A stretch of 64,000 bases of DNA, taken from contig NC_134036.1 in NCBI RefSeq assembly GCF_964204645.1, positions 5,796,600 to 5,860,599 of the forward strand, given 5' to 3'. The notes below the pieces were generated by a model. That model ran no database searches and was not told the origin of the DNA. It was given only the letters and a program-made list of their open reading frames with translations. Each line of letters starts with the position of its first letter. Positions within the stretch are counted from its first letter, which is position 1. This document shows, piece after piece, positions 48,401 through 61,277 of the stretch. The position numbers and the translations under genes were made by a program. The DNA comes from Tubulanus polymorphus. Lineage: Eukaryota > Animalia > Nemertea.

Positions 48401-51400
48401 ATAACTAATTACATCAATACACCACAGTGCGGTGTACTAGCAAAATACAGTGCGGTGTAGACGCACTGAAAGGGTTTAAGCGACCATTTTAGTTCAGTCG
48501 AGGACGTGTCCTGGGACCTGATTGACGGACAGTGTCTATTAACGGTTGGTACAATTCGAATCGGGACACGGAATCGGGGGGGGGATGTGCGAAAGGAGAT
48601 TATGAACCCCGGACGTTGAATATTCGATCACGCCGATAGTTTATTTTCCTGACAATTTCGAAGCTTTAACTATGCCCCATCACCAGAGGAACAAAAACAA
48701 ATTTACAGACCTTTTACAGACCTAACTGTGGGTTTTTATTTGTTAACTCTACACCGAGATAGATATCGGTTAATCGCAGTCACTGCGGTATTATCTTTAA
48801 CCCGGGGGTTAACTCGAAAGGAGATAATGAACCCCGGACGTTGAATATACGATCAGGCCGCGTTTCGTCGATCACACCGACGCCGCATAACTCTCAGAGC
48901 CGTCTTTCTGAACGCGCTATTCACGATGCAGTACAAGAAAAAATTCGACGTCGAATTCGACATCGGGAACAACGCGCTGAACGTCGGATTGGCGTACGCG
49001 TGCCACACTAACGGTAAACCGGGCAAATTCTTGAAATGTGTCGCCATTTGACGATGTACCGACGAAATCGAGCCGGGCGTTTCGAAAACCAGAAAAACCA
49101 GAACGATCGATATCGCCATTTTCGTCGCTTTGACGTCGATGTTTCGGTTCTTGTCTTCGCCGCCGTGCGTCGTGAGATCTTCTTTGCGTTTATTCCGAAT
49201 TCGTCGCAGTTGTATTACCATGATCGTGTTGAAAATGATCAGTAATATAGTCGGTAGATATTCTTTCGCGATCGGCCCGTAGATGGAAAAAATCGCCTCG
49301 AAAAGCGCTTTCAAGCGCTGACTCTTTTTTTTTACGGAGATCCATTTGCGGACGATTCGTGCAGACGTCCCAGAAGTAAACAATTTCGACGGTGTCGAGA
49401 TAAGGGCTGTACATCGCTGCGGAGAATAGGAAAACGAAAACGATCGCGACGTTGATTCGAAATTTCGTGATATGTCGTTTGGCGAAAAACGGAAACAAAA
49501 TCGACAGAGTCCGTTGCGCGACGACGCCGACGGTTAACCAGTTGCGCGTCAACTGCGATCCGTATCGCGGCACGTGGGCTATGACGTAAAGCCACGGCAT
49601 GTAACTCGAATGCCACGGTACTTCGAATATGAACCGCCCTTGTATCAGCCACGCCAGTAGATAGCGCACGGGTCCTTGTACGCCGCGCCAAATCAGAAAC
49701 ATGATGTCCCAAAAAGCCAAACAGCGCAGGAGATAAAACGACACGTGCGTTGAACTCTGTACTCGTAACGTAACGATAATCACAACGTTCAACGCGATGC
49801 CCAGTGTCATGATCGGGAAGCCTCCGAAAATGTTTACGTATATGCCGTAAGTCGCGCGCGGCGATATCACGCCGCAGTAACCGCGATAGCTACGTTCGTA
49901 GCCGAACGAGTCATCGTCGAGCGGCGCCGACGCGGTAGTCGTTGAGGTTAAGTTTGCGCGCGCGTTCATAGTTAGGACGATAACGCGGTCCCGTCTACGC
50001 TCTCCGTCGACCAAACCCTAATTAGCGCGCCGTATCACTATCCGCGTCTGTGTATCGCGAAGTCGTTAGAAAACGAATTCACTCGGCGATCCAATTAAAA
50101 CTTTTTTTAAAATACAGCAGAGCTGTTAAATATTCAGACTAATATATAAACATATATCATTAATTAATGATGTACGCGCACAAGTCCCCGTGGTAAACCG
50201 ACGGTTAAACTGCATTCCTCGACATAAAGGATGTAATCAGCCATCATCGTTTAGAACTGTCTTCTGTTAACAGTGACCTCGGAATTTCCCTAGCAATGGA
50301 CCGGGCTAGGCCGGACACCGGTGCACTTTAAGCGGATAGAGTCTCCACTGATCACTTGTGTCACCACACTTACAAACTTCGTAAGTCACCCTAACTCTAT
50401 GGTCCAGTGGTAGACTGGCTTTGCTTGTCAGAGGCTTGGGTTTGGCTAGCTGGCCTATATTATAGGTCTATTTATTGACCTGCATTTTGGTGCCAAAACT
50501 CTGGCTTTGTATGTCAGAGGCTAGCTGAAGGGTAGCAAGGGTAGCTGACCTATATTAGGCTATAGGTATTGACCTACATTTCGGCACCAAAACTGGTTTG
50601 GCTTGCCAGAGGCTGAGGTTAGGCTAGCCGACCTATAATTCTACTAATTCTACTAATTGACCTACATTTTAGTGCCAAAAGACCTGAACTTGAGGCTGCA
50701 TTCAATATCCTGTTTTCGATTCCATTTTGGTTAGAAAAACTTTTATTGTTTAGAATTAACAACAAACATTCATCGAAAGCTAAGAATCCGTGGTTTGATC
50801 ATCGGGGGGGGGGGGGGCTGGGGGGTTAGTGGTAGGTCTAAAGGCATTGGTCATTTTGTATGATTACGTTTGCTACATCTAGCTGGAAGCTGGGGCTGAT
50901 TCTCGATAGAATCATCGACTGTGGTGTAGATGTTTTTCGACGATCTTAATTCACCCTTTAGATTTAAGATATTTATAGCGAAATTCCATTTTAGATTTAG
51001 CGATCGCATATGGCGTCTGGTGGCAAAAAAATCGTAACAATCTCGAGACGTAAAACGATTTTTTAAGATATCATTAAAGAAAAAAACCACTGCATGGGAT
51101 TCCTGTGATGATATTCTCAGAAACCCAGGTGCCGGTTTAATAGACTGTGGTATTATCTAATAAACCCTCAGGTCTGTAAAACAGTTTATTTTCCTGAGAG
51201 TTTCGAAGCTTTAAGCCCCGTCATCAGAGGAACAAAAACAACTTTACAGACCTTTTACAGACCTAACTGTGGGTTTTTATTTGTTAACTCTACACCGAGA
51301 TAGATATCAGTATATTGCAGTCACTGCGGTATTATCTTTAACCCCGGGGGTTAACTCGATTAATTTTCAATTGAGTTAACCCCCGCGCTAAAGCTAATAC

Positions 51401-54400
51401 CAGTCTAAAAAAACTGGCCATGATTTTTAATACGGTAGATCACACCACTTATGAAAATCGCTCATCGGCGCCGCGTTGATCCCGAATTGTTTTCGTTCGT
51501 TTCAATCCGCTAGATCGACCTCGCGAATTCTCATTATAGGCTAATATTTAAGTTCGTTTCCGTTACAGGCTGATAGGTGGCTCTGATTACAAGCTAATCT
51601 ACCGTCATTACGCGACGTTGTATTTCGTTTTCTGCGTCGACTCGTCGGAAAGCGAACTCGGTATTCTCGATCTGATTCAGGTGAGTAATGATACCTCGCC
51701 CAAAACCTCACCCTGCTACCCATCCCCGATTCCGCCCCTCAGCCCCCTCCTACGGCCAGTCTCGGAGTAATCAATCTGATTACTCCAAGGGCCAATAGAC
51801 AGAGCTCTCGTGGGTATTATTTTTAACTTTTTTATTTCTAAAGTTTTGAATAATGCGATTTTAAAGTTAAACTGCCGACTAAAATCTCTGATTTGACTGT
51901 ATAGGGGGCCTATACGGCATATTGTTTATTGTTTGGCCGAAAATAAGGTGATATGGTACCGATTATGAAGTACTGTTTGCCCGCTTTGTCTTGAGTACAT
52001 TCCTTCAAGAAAAAACGATTAAGAAATTTTTAGGTAGCTGAGCCCGCGAGGGGTCACAACACCTGAAACCCCCAATCCGGATCCGCACCATAGTCAATCC
52101 CCTAGTACTACTATCTTGCTATTTATTCTAAATCCGGTTAACCCTTTCAGTGCTGACTAATCAATACCCTATAGTGCTGGAGATAATTTGAAAATTCTAA
52201 AAAATTCCACCCTAGTGTGTTGAATAACGGTTAATACCACTATAGTGCGTCTACACCGCGGCGCGGTGTATCGTTAGTTACTTACATTTCCCTATGTTTG
52301 ACAGGTGCTGCCATTTTTCAAGAGAGATAATTACTAATTACATCAATGCACCATAGTGCGGTGTACTAATAGCATTCATTAGCAAAATCCATCATTGTTG
52401 ACGCACTGAAAGGGTTAACACGGCTACTCTGCGAATCTTCTAGTACATATGTACTAACGGAACGTGGTCTGTTTTTTTTTTACAGGTGTTCGTCGAAACG
52501 TTGGACAAATGCTTCGAAAACGTCTGCGAGTTGGACCTGATCTTCCACGTCGATAAGGTACGTTCATTCGCGCGCCGGTACCGCCGGTTCGACGGTTCGT
52601 TGTCACCAGCTGCCATGGCGCGAAACCCGGCCACTCTAGATCAAGACTGACGCGGGAAAACTTGTAACACCGATCCCGTTGCTCGTCGTATAATCGCTGA
52701 GGCGAATTTCGCGGAAAAACTATCGACGGAAAAACCCGGGCTAAAATAAAACGGGATTCCGATCGCCTAATGATGACATCATCTAAGCTCGGCATGTAGC
52801 TGCGCACTCGGTCTGGCGTGGCAGGGATTCGCACCGTGGCGAGTCTTGGTGCCAAAAGGTTGAATTTTTCAAAAAAGTGCAAATCATTTACTGCATAACA
52901 CTTAACCCTTTCAGTGCTGACTAATTGATACCCTATGGTGCTGAAGATAATTTGAAAAAATTTTAAATTCCACCCTAGTGTGCTGAATAATTGGAATACC
53001 ACTATAATGTGTCTAGACCGCGGTGCGGTGTATCATTAGTTACTTTTTTGGACTTAAGACTCGACTATGGAACCGGCCCCAGAGTCTGTAGATTTAAGAC
53101 ATTGAAAAATTGAACCAATCTGAATGCAGAATTTATCTCGGAACTCGCAATTGTGAAACAGGTCTTTCATTATCGCGAGTTTTTGTGTTTATAGTAACAG
53201 TTTTTTTGTGTGTATAGTATTTTTTTGTGCCTACAGTAAAATGTAACGTGTGAAAAACTAGATAAATGTAAGTTCTATGACTAATGGGGTAAAAGATAAA
53301 ATCCAATCCTGAATTGCAATAGATAGCGACTGATTTTCATTTTTCGATTCTATGTGATTAGTTTTTTCGTCGATTAATCTCTGTTTTTCGTGTAGGTACA
53401 CTATATTCTGGGCGAGTTGTGTATGGGCGGCATGGTGCTCGAGACGAACATGACCGAAATACTCACGCGATACGACGAGCAAATCAAACTCGAAAAACAA
53501 GAGGTACGTACGCGATGCCGCCGCCGCGAAGACATTCGTTTATCTCGACTGTGTTTCGAGAGCACGTTGGGTAGTCTAGCTCGGTTAGTTTTTGGTAGAA
53601 CATCATACCTGATATAGTTCTACAAAGGACCATAATCGACGCGCAGTTGAACGAAATCATCAGGATTATTAACCATTTTTATACCGTTTTTTGAAGCATT
53701 GCTGAAAATTCTTCGTTGAATGAAGTCGACTCGTCATAGAAACGAGACACTATTTTTCTTAATTATATCAAGTTTAACGATATGATTTGAAATTGATACT
53801 GTTGAACATTCGAATCATGGAGTCACTTTTATCTTTGCAACCCCGTTCAAAGAACACTTTTTTTACAATGCTTCGATATATGGTAAAAATCGATGTTGTA
53901 GTAAAATTGCCCATCCGGGCCGAGCGTATTAAGACCTATGTCAGGTAGGGTATGTGCTACGCCAAAACTGACAATGAGCTAGGCCACCCAACATTCTCTC
54001 GAGCGAAGTTCGAATAGACATCAAAGTCGGCAGACCTGACTGTGAGTAGTATTTGCAGTCTTGTAGCATCACTGACTTAACGGGCGGGGGGGGGTGTGGA
54101 GAGGTTTCTTACAATTCACCCTATTTGGGGGGAGGTTTCCTCACAATTCACCCTATGGGGGGGGGGCAGACTTAGATCATCCAGTATGCGAAGCACTTCC
54201 TAGTACCTGCAACAATACTGGATTATCTAAGCTTCCCCCCCAAACTTCAGACACGAGTTCCCGCAGGGGGTACACAGTTTTCGAAAAAAAATTTCGCCTA
54301 CTTGTTGACTTGACCCGTTCGTTGTCCCTCCGCGCGAAGCGGGCCTCTCGCACTTCCACTACCTCAAACCTCTAGCGCCGTGCCAGATTCCTCTACTTCC

Positions 54401-54448
54401 TTACATCTGTATCCACTGTGTGCGTGTGAATCGAACCGCTTGTTTCTC

Positions 54449-54518
<70 letters not shown>

Positions 54519-57500
54519 GTATTATGTACAGTACCTACACAGTTCGTTATGTATACATATTACATATATATTGTTTTCTTTCTCTTTTTTTTCTTCATTT
54601 TTTGCAGCGCAACTTTTTAGCTAACGCACCGGCAAGTCTTAATACGTCGACTTTGGATTACCGTATCGAAAGCCGCGATTACGCGACGGTGTTTTTGGCC
54701 CCGATTAGGCCCGAGCCCGATTATCCAAATTTTAACACGGGTCAAATTGTCGCAGATGAGATGTCGCAGAATCGGGCAGATGACCCGTCTGGCTTCGTCG
54801 CAGCATTGTTTCGTACGGAGTGTGTGGTTTACGCGCGAACGCGCTCTCTAATTCGGCACGAGCTGAATTAGACTCGGGCTTGATCTGGGCCAATTCGTCC
54901 TCACCTGCCAGGGTTTCATTGCCTCCTGCTGATTATTCACGCCAACAAGAAACCCTGACCGCAAACCCTTCATTGGTCTTTTGCCATTGTCCAAGATTTC
55001 TTGGCGGACAGTTTGCCGCTCAGCGGCCACTAGTCTATATATCTAGCCTATATAGTCTATATATCTAGGGGTATCTAGACTAGTCTATATATCTAGCCTA
55101 TATAGTCTATATATCTATGGGTATCTAGACTAGTCTATATATCAAGACTATATAGTCTATATATCTAGGGGTATCTAGACTAGTCTATATATCTAGACTA
55201 TATAGTCTATATATTTAGGGGTATCTAGACTAGTCTATATATCTAGCCTTTATAGTCTATATATCTAGGGGTATCTAGACTAGTCTATATATCTAGACTA
55301 TATAGTCTATATATCTAGGGGTATCTAGACTAGTCTATATATCTAGACTATATAGTCTATATATCTAGGGGTGGGGTATGTAGACTAGTCTATATATCTA
55401 GTCTATATATCTAGACTATATAGTCTATATATCTAGGGGTATCTAGACTAGTCTATATATCTAGACTATATATTCTATATATCTAGGGGTATCTAGACTA
55501 GTCTATATATCTAGACTATATAGTCTATATATCTAGGGGTGGGGTATGTAGACTAGTCTATATATCTAGTCTATATATCTAGACTATATAGTCTATATAT
55601 CTAGGGGTATCTAGACTAGTCTATATATCTAGACTATATAGTCTATATATCTAGGGGTATCTAGACTAGTCTATATATCTAGACTATATAGTCTATATAT
55701 CTAGGGGTGGGGTATGTAGACTAGTCTATATATCTAGTCTATATATCTAGACTATATAGTCTATATATCTAGGGGTATCTAGACTAGTCTATATATCTAG
55801 CCTATATAGTCTATATATCTAGGGGTATCTAGACTAGTCTATAATATATCTAGGGGTTCGCCCTATGGTAACGGCACGTCTGATTGGCTAGATATATAAA
55901 CTGGTGGCCCACAAGCGGCAACCAGTCCGCCAACAAAAATCTTTGACAATGCGATAAACCAATGAAGGGCTCACGGCCAGCCGGGGTTTGTGTTGGCGTG
56001 AGCTTCCGCGGCAGGCGATCGTACTCCGGCAAGCGAGGTTGGGCCAATTTGACGTCTCCGTGTGATCGCGGCTTGTATCATACTTACCTTCTCTCTATCT
56101 AACTCATACATCTAGCACGACTACGTCGTCAATGCGTCGCTTGCCGAGGCCGGTTCGGTATATAGTAGTAGCAGCATGGGTTTCTTTTTTTTTAACGTCG
56201 TCTGGACTGGCTTCGGCGAGCGACCGAATTCGATCTGACGGTTTTTCGTCGTCGTATATTATCTTTACGGCGAAAAATACGATAGACCCAGGTAATGAGC
56301 TGGCCTTCTGAAATCCCTCCTAGTCGCAACCCCCGTATATGACTAGTAAGCCTAATGCACATTTGTAGCGCAGCTTAGAATTTAGACCAGTCTACCTTTC
56401 ATGGTTCCCACAGAACAGGGTTTTTAAGAAAAACCTCGGAATTTTGAAATGATATTGCCCAGTTTGGGAATATTTGGGAATTCGAGAATTTTTCCTCAAA
56501 CCAGAGAAATATTTGGAAAACTCATTTGGAACTTTTGGAACTCGAGTGCAACTTTCTTCCGCGATTTCCCTTAAAAATGACCATCATCGACCAGTCACCA
56601 TTAAAACGTTGACGGTAGTGAGATGATATCTGTTCAGTTTTACGAGGTCCCCGTTTGCCATTTGGATAAATTGGAAAAAATCACCTATGAAATACTTGGG
56701 AAAAACCTGGTAATTTTTATTTAACATAGCTGTGGGGACCATGCTTATGCCTAAGGCAATTTTAGTTTTATTTAGACTATCTGATAACTTTAGACCGGTG
56801 TCATACCGGTGCTTTTGGGCTAATAGTCCAACTGGGCCCTATAGGTAAACTCTATGTGCCACTGCGGTAAAGTTGTGACTGGTAAAATTCTACCCCGAGT
56901 TGGTGTCAAATACTAAGTAAGAGCTTGTGAAATATAGTAGACTCTGTCTCTTACTGCGGTAAAGTTGAGACTGGTAAACTCTACCCCAAGTTGGTGTCAA
57001 ATACTGAATAAGAGTTTGTAAAAATACAGTAGACTCTGTCTCTTACTGCGGTAATGTTGAAATTGGTCAAATACTACCCCGAGTTGGTGTCAAATACCGA
57101 GTAAGAGTTTGTGAGATACAGCAGCATCTGTCACCGTTTTGTCTTCGCGATCGCCGGGTCTATCGTATATCGAACCGATACAATCAAAAATGAACCATAT
57201 CAAAATCAGCCACATATGCTATACTCATATCATCGGTGACCAATCGTTTATTAATCAATCAGTAATTTTAGTTGATTTGTTACAAAAAAAATCATCGCAT
57301 GTTTTGATTATTTTCCTCCACTATTATTACTACTACTACTACTACTACTATTTAGGTGATATTTTTTCGCATCTCACGAGTAATATGTTTTTCTTCCCTA
57401 TTGGCTTTTCATGTGTCGTGTCGTGTTCCGTGTATAAAAAAGCATGTCGAAATCGAACCCGGCGGGTGGGCTGCGTTTGTACTTACGTGGACGCGCCTAA

Positions 57501-59982
57501 TCGAAGTAAATCTACCGATCAAAAATGGTAGACATACATTTTGAGATCGAACGCATGCCCGATTTCTGTAATCATGCCCCCCCCCCTTGTATCGTTCCCG
57601 GTAGGTGTGGTGTAGATTTTTGAGGGACACTAGGCCCTATATCATCGCAAATGTACCGATGAAATAAATAAAGAGGCGCGACTATCCGTAAATTTTCGAA
57701 TGAAAAGCATGCTCGATTCCTGAAATCGAAATCGGGGCCCCTGTTTCGTTCCCGGCAGGTGCGCTGGGTTCGTAATGGACCCCGAATCAAATCAAATTTG
57801 CCAATTAAATAGATATGAGGGATAACTATCTCTATATTTCAAGATCCAAAGCATGCACGGTTTTTGAAATCAAAATCGAAATCAGACCCTTCTGTTTCGT
57901 TGCCGGCAGGTGTGCTGGATTTGTAAGGGGCACACAATCAATTTAGATCTACCAATGCGATAACAGGGTCAACACTGTCATCTGTATATTTTAAGATTAA
58001 AAGCATGCCCGATTTCTGAAATCGAACCCTTCTCTTTCGCTCCCGGCAGGTGTGCTGGGTTTGTTGTAAGGGATTTAAAATCAAATTGAATTTACCGATG
58101 AAATTGATAAGGGGGATCAACAATCCCTATATTTTACGATCAGAACCCTGCCCGATTTCTGAAATCGAGTTGCTGGGTTTGTTTAGGGGCACCCAAAGCA
58201 AATCTACCGTAATTGTGGGTTTTTGTTTCAAAGCCAGATCTTGCCTATTATCAAGTCGCTTTGCTAACTGAATCGGTCTGGCCGCACTTATGCCCGTCAC
58301 TTATCTTTGCACTTTTTCTATGCGGTTTCATTATCGGTCACCGAGTCTAGGCATCAGTATTATACTCCTCCGTGGTCTAGGTGACGTTGAGATACGATTC
58401 AGGTGTCGGTTTACCCTACGAGCAATTATCTAAAGAGAAAAGTGACTGCATGATTTGAATGTTCAACAATATCAATTTCAAATCATATCGTTAAATTAAG
58501 AAAAATAGTGTCTCGTTTCTATGTTAGATAATTGCTCGTAGGAATACCGGTAGTCCATTTCGACATTTTGAATAATTCGTAATAAGGGCCACTTGAAACC
58601 GCTGGCTTGTTCCTGGCAGGTGTGGTGGGTTTGTATCGAAAAGGGACCCGCAAAAGCATCGAATCGAATCGAGGAACGATCGGCAGCATTTCAAGATCTT
58701 TAAAAAGCGATCCGGCTAGGGGCACGTGTGGCAAATTCGGTGAGAGTAATCGCTAAAGGGTTCTATGTGACAAGGGACAAAAAGAAACAGGGAGGCCACT
58801 TACCTGGAAGTCTGCGAAAAGTCCGGGAATTGTCGCGGATTTTTAGAGAAAAAAGAAATAGGACGGATCTAATCCGTTTTTAAACGTATGAATTTTGCCT
58901 ATTGGCTTTGCCGTTTTTAAACTTATAAATTTTGCCTATTGGTTATTTGGAGTTAAAATGTTTTTGAACGTGTCTAAATTAGGAATGGTTTCGCGTAGTT
59001 CAATGAGAAATAGGGGGTGCAATCAAAAAGGATATGTGATTCATCCCCCTAAAAACAATCGGCACCGCCTGATGATACTTCAAGGAGCGGAACGGAATTT
59101 TCATGCTACGCCATCTAAAATGAATTTTTTACATCATGTGGCGGCGCAAATTTGTTCTGGAAGTTTAAACTGCGACTTTCAAAAAGCTGAACATACCAGC
59201 CACGCCGGTAGTAACCACTTGGAATGTCTTTTATAACTTGAGAAGATAATATTTCTCATAATTGAATGTAGGTAAAAATGTCCCCGGTAACCCCCGGTAA
59301 CCCCCCGTAAATATTCCCCAGTAAAAATCCCACACGGAAAAAAATTAAAAATCCCCCTCGGTAAAAATCCCCCCATTTTAGTTTTCTATCAAATTTAAGT
59401 AAAAAACCGAAATGAAAACAGATAATACTTTTTACAATAATGCTTAGTGCATAGTTTCACAGATATTTTGCTATGACTTTTAAACTAGATTTCTCCATAG
59501 AAATTTTCGGAAATACGATAGTATCATTTTTTCATGTATGTTACTAGCTAAAAGTCGCAGCATAATGTCATTTTAATGCGCGTAGCTTGGTCAAAGTCAT
59601 TGATTATCCAAGGTGAATATCGTAAAAAACATCACGGAAAATCTAAAATTTTTGACAACTTCTATATAAGTATTTCAACATAAGAATATTGAAGTATTTT
59701 GTTAAATATTGCTGTGAAATCACATTTGGGGGATTTTTAACTGTTACCTTTCTCATACATTTGCGGCGCGGGTCATTCGTAGAAGTATCATAAGCCTGGA
59801 CATACCCATTCATTTCCGGGTAGATAGCGGTCAGAAAACTGAATATAACTTCTGTTTATTTTCGGTTGCAGGCTGGCCTAGCGGCGGCGCCCGCTCGCGC
59901 CGTGTCGGCCGTCAAAGAGATGAACATTCCGCAGAAGATCAAGGACATCAAACTGCCCGATTTGCCGTCGATCAAACTGTGA
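45419..59982 (+). CDS. AP3S1: AP-3 complex subunit sigma (6 exons, 187 aa)
   Basis: Exons 45419-45487 (MIKAILVFNNHGKPRLSKFYHHY), 46817-46908 (SEDTQQQIIRETFQLVSKRDDNVCNFLEGG), 51569-51680 (YKLIYRHYATLYFVFCVDSSESELGILDLIQ), 52486-52557 (VFVETLDKCFENVCELDLIFHVDK), 53396-53503, 59872-59982 (AGLAAAPARAVSAVK...). All GT-AG. Likely co-orthologue of vertebrate AP3S1/AP3S2. Confidence 0.97.
47892..47935 (-). ncRNA. Minimal type I hammerhead ribozyme motif
   Basis: gaac-CTGACGA-t-gttct...agatc-GAAAC-GTC-gtgttc, followed by AATAAA. Confidence 0.6.
48187..48474. mobile_element. piggyBac-like MITE
   Basis: TIR CCCTTTCAGTGC...GCACTGAAAGGG; left flank TTAA, right flank TTTAA. Confidence 0.8.
48853..49969 (-). 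CDS. Nested intronless class A GPCR (FMRFamide-receptor-like) with a 1-nt frameshift; pseudogene or assembly error
   Basis: TM1-4 in ORF 49190-50014 (YLLRCLAFWD, VAQRTLSILFP) and TM5-7 in ORF 48853-49383 (VFETPG, NSTSNFFLYC). Removing one base from the 9-nt run at 49325-49333 gives a continuous 371-aa protein. Confidence 0.85.
52142..52414. mobile_element. piggyBac-like MITE with TTAA target duplication
   Basis: TTAA|CCCTTTCAGTGC ... GCACTGAAAGGG|TTAA. Partial copies at about 46480-46714, 52906-53043 and 11118-11320. Confidence 0.88.
54452..54516. repeat. (TA)n microsatellite
   Basis: Pure TA run. Confidence 0.97.
54896..56039. mobile_element. Foldback/Mutator-like element enclosing a 50-bp palindromic satellite
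   Basis: Imperfect inverted arms at about 54899-55048 and 55886-56038; internal tandem 50-mer at 55030-55850; TGGGCCAATT at 54886-54895 and 56040-56049. Confidence 0.7.
56860..57125 (+). repeat. 90-bp dispersed satellite array, about 3 copies
   Basis: Same unit as 12090-12490. Confidence 0.9.
57540..58200. repeat. Degenerate long-unit tandem repeat, about 4 copies
   Basis: Recurring gcatgcccgatttctgaaatcgaa and cgttcccggcaggtgtgctgg blocks. Confidence 0.7.
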
Positions 59983-61277
59983 GATGAGGCGGCGCCGCGA
60001 AATCGTGTCGGTTAAACGACGATGGATGGATGTGGTGTTGACCCGCAGTGTGGACTGCGTTGTGAATCACAGTGACATTTTGTCGTATATTTCAAACAGT
60101 TCAATCAGTCTCGCCGTCAAATCGATCGATTGTGTATGTTTTTGTGTACATGTAAATTTATATATTCAATACCGGTCATTAAATTAAATGTAAACTATAA
60201 TTGTCTTGAGTTACGGGGGAATGCGCTAGTCGAAATTCCGTCGACGAGAGTTATCGTACCCCGTGTGTAAATATATATATGATGATAAAAAAAATTTACG
60301 AAAAAAACTAGTCATTAGAATAAAAATATTTACTGAATAATTGTTTCGTGTTTTGAGTTTACTTGACTTTTTTCTTAGCGATTGCTTTGAATTAAATTTT
60401 CAAGTACAAAAAGGGAATGCATGGTGACAACAACAAGCAGAACAGACGTAGATTCAAGTCATTTATATTGTCACTGTTGGTACCGATGAAAGTGTTTTGA
60501 AATTTTAAGTAAGCGATTGTTTTTGCGATGTGTTTGAGTTTAGTGACGATAGACCGGTATATAGCGGTGTTACACTATCAAAGATTGCAATTAAACAGTC
60601 AAAAACGTCTGGTAAATTCACAAGAAAGATTTATCAATCATTAGGCATATCATCTAGTGGACAGGCGGTTGATGCAGTTTTTTTAATTTCTCAAATGTGT
60701 GGTAGCTTGATTTTTATCTCTTGTTCTGCTTGAATTTAATTGTGCCTCACTTGTCAGACTCTGGTAACCGTAGTAATATTACAGGCACAAAATAACGCGC
60801 AGAAAAAAATCGAAAATAATGGGATTCGACCCTGGTCGACTCGGAAGTCGAAGCATCTGATACTCGAAAAGAAATCCCCATGACGTCAGATTATCGGGAT
60901 TCCGTTTCTACTTTCAGAGGAAATTCCCCGTTTATGGTTTTTTTAAATGAATTTGAGATTTTTAATTCATCAACAGCACATATACCGACGTTAAACATAA
61001 GAATATCGGTTTTAGGATTGAATATTCGCCAAACGCGTTTCAATAAATTCGGCCGCCACACCTGCAGAAAGCATGACGTCGGTATCGGGGATTCCGTTTC
61101 TAAGGGCATCCCCGGACTTGGCCGTAAGCCAGAAACGAAGCTTGTTTACAGCGCGCGTGTACGTACATTATTATTAGGTCTACGTCGTAATTTACGATCT
61201 TCTTGTTTAGCTAAATACGACGCAATTTCGCCGCGTTTCCTCTCGAATATTCGTCGAATCGACCTGCAGGACGCGAT

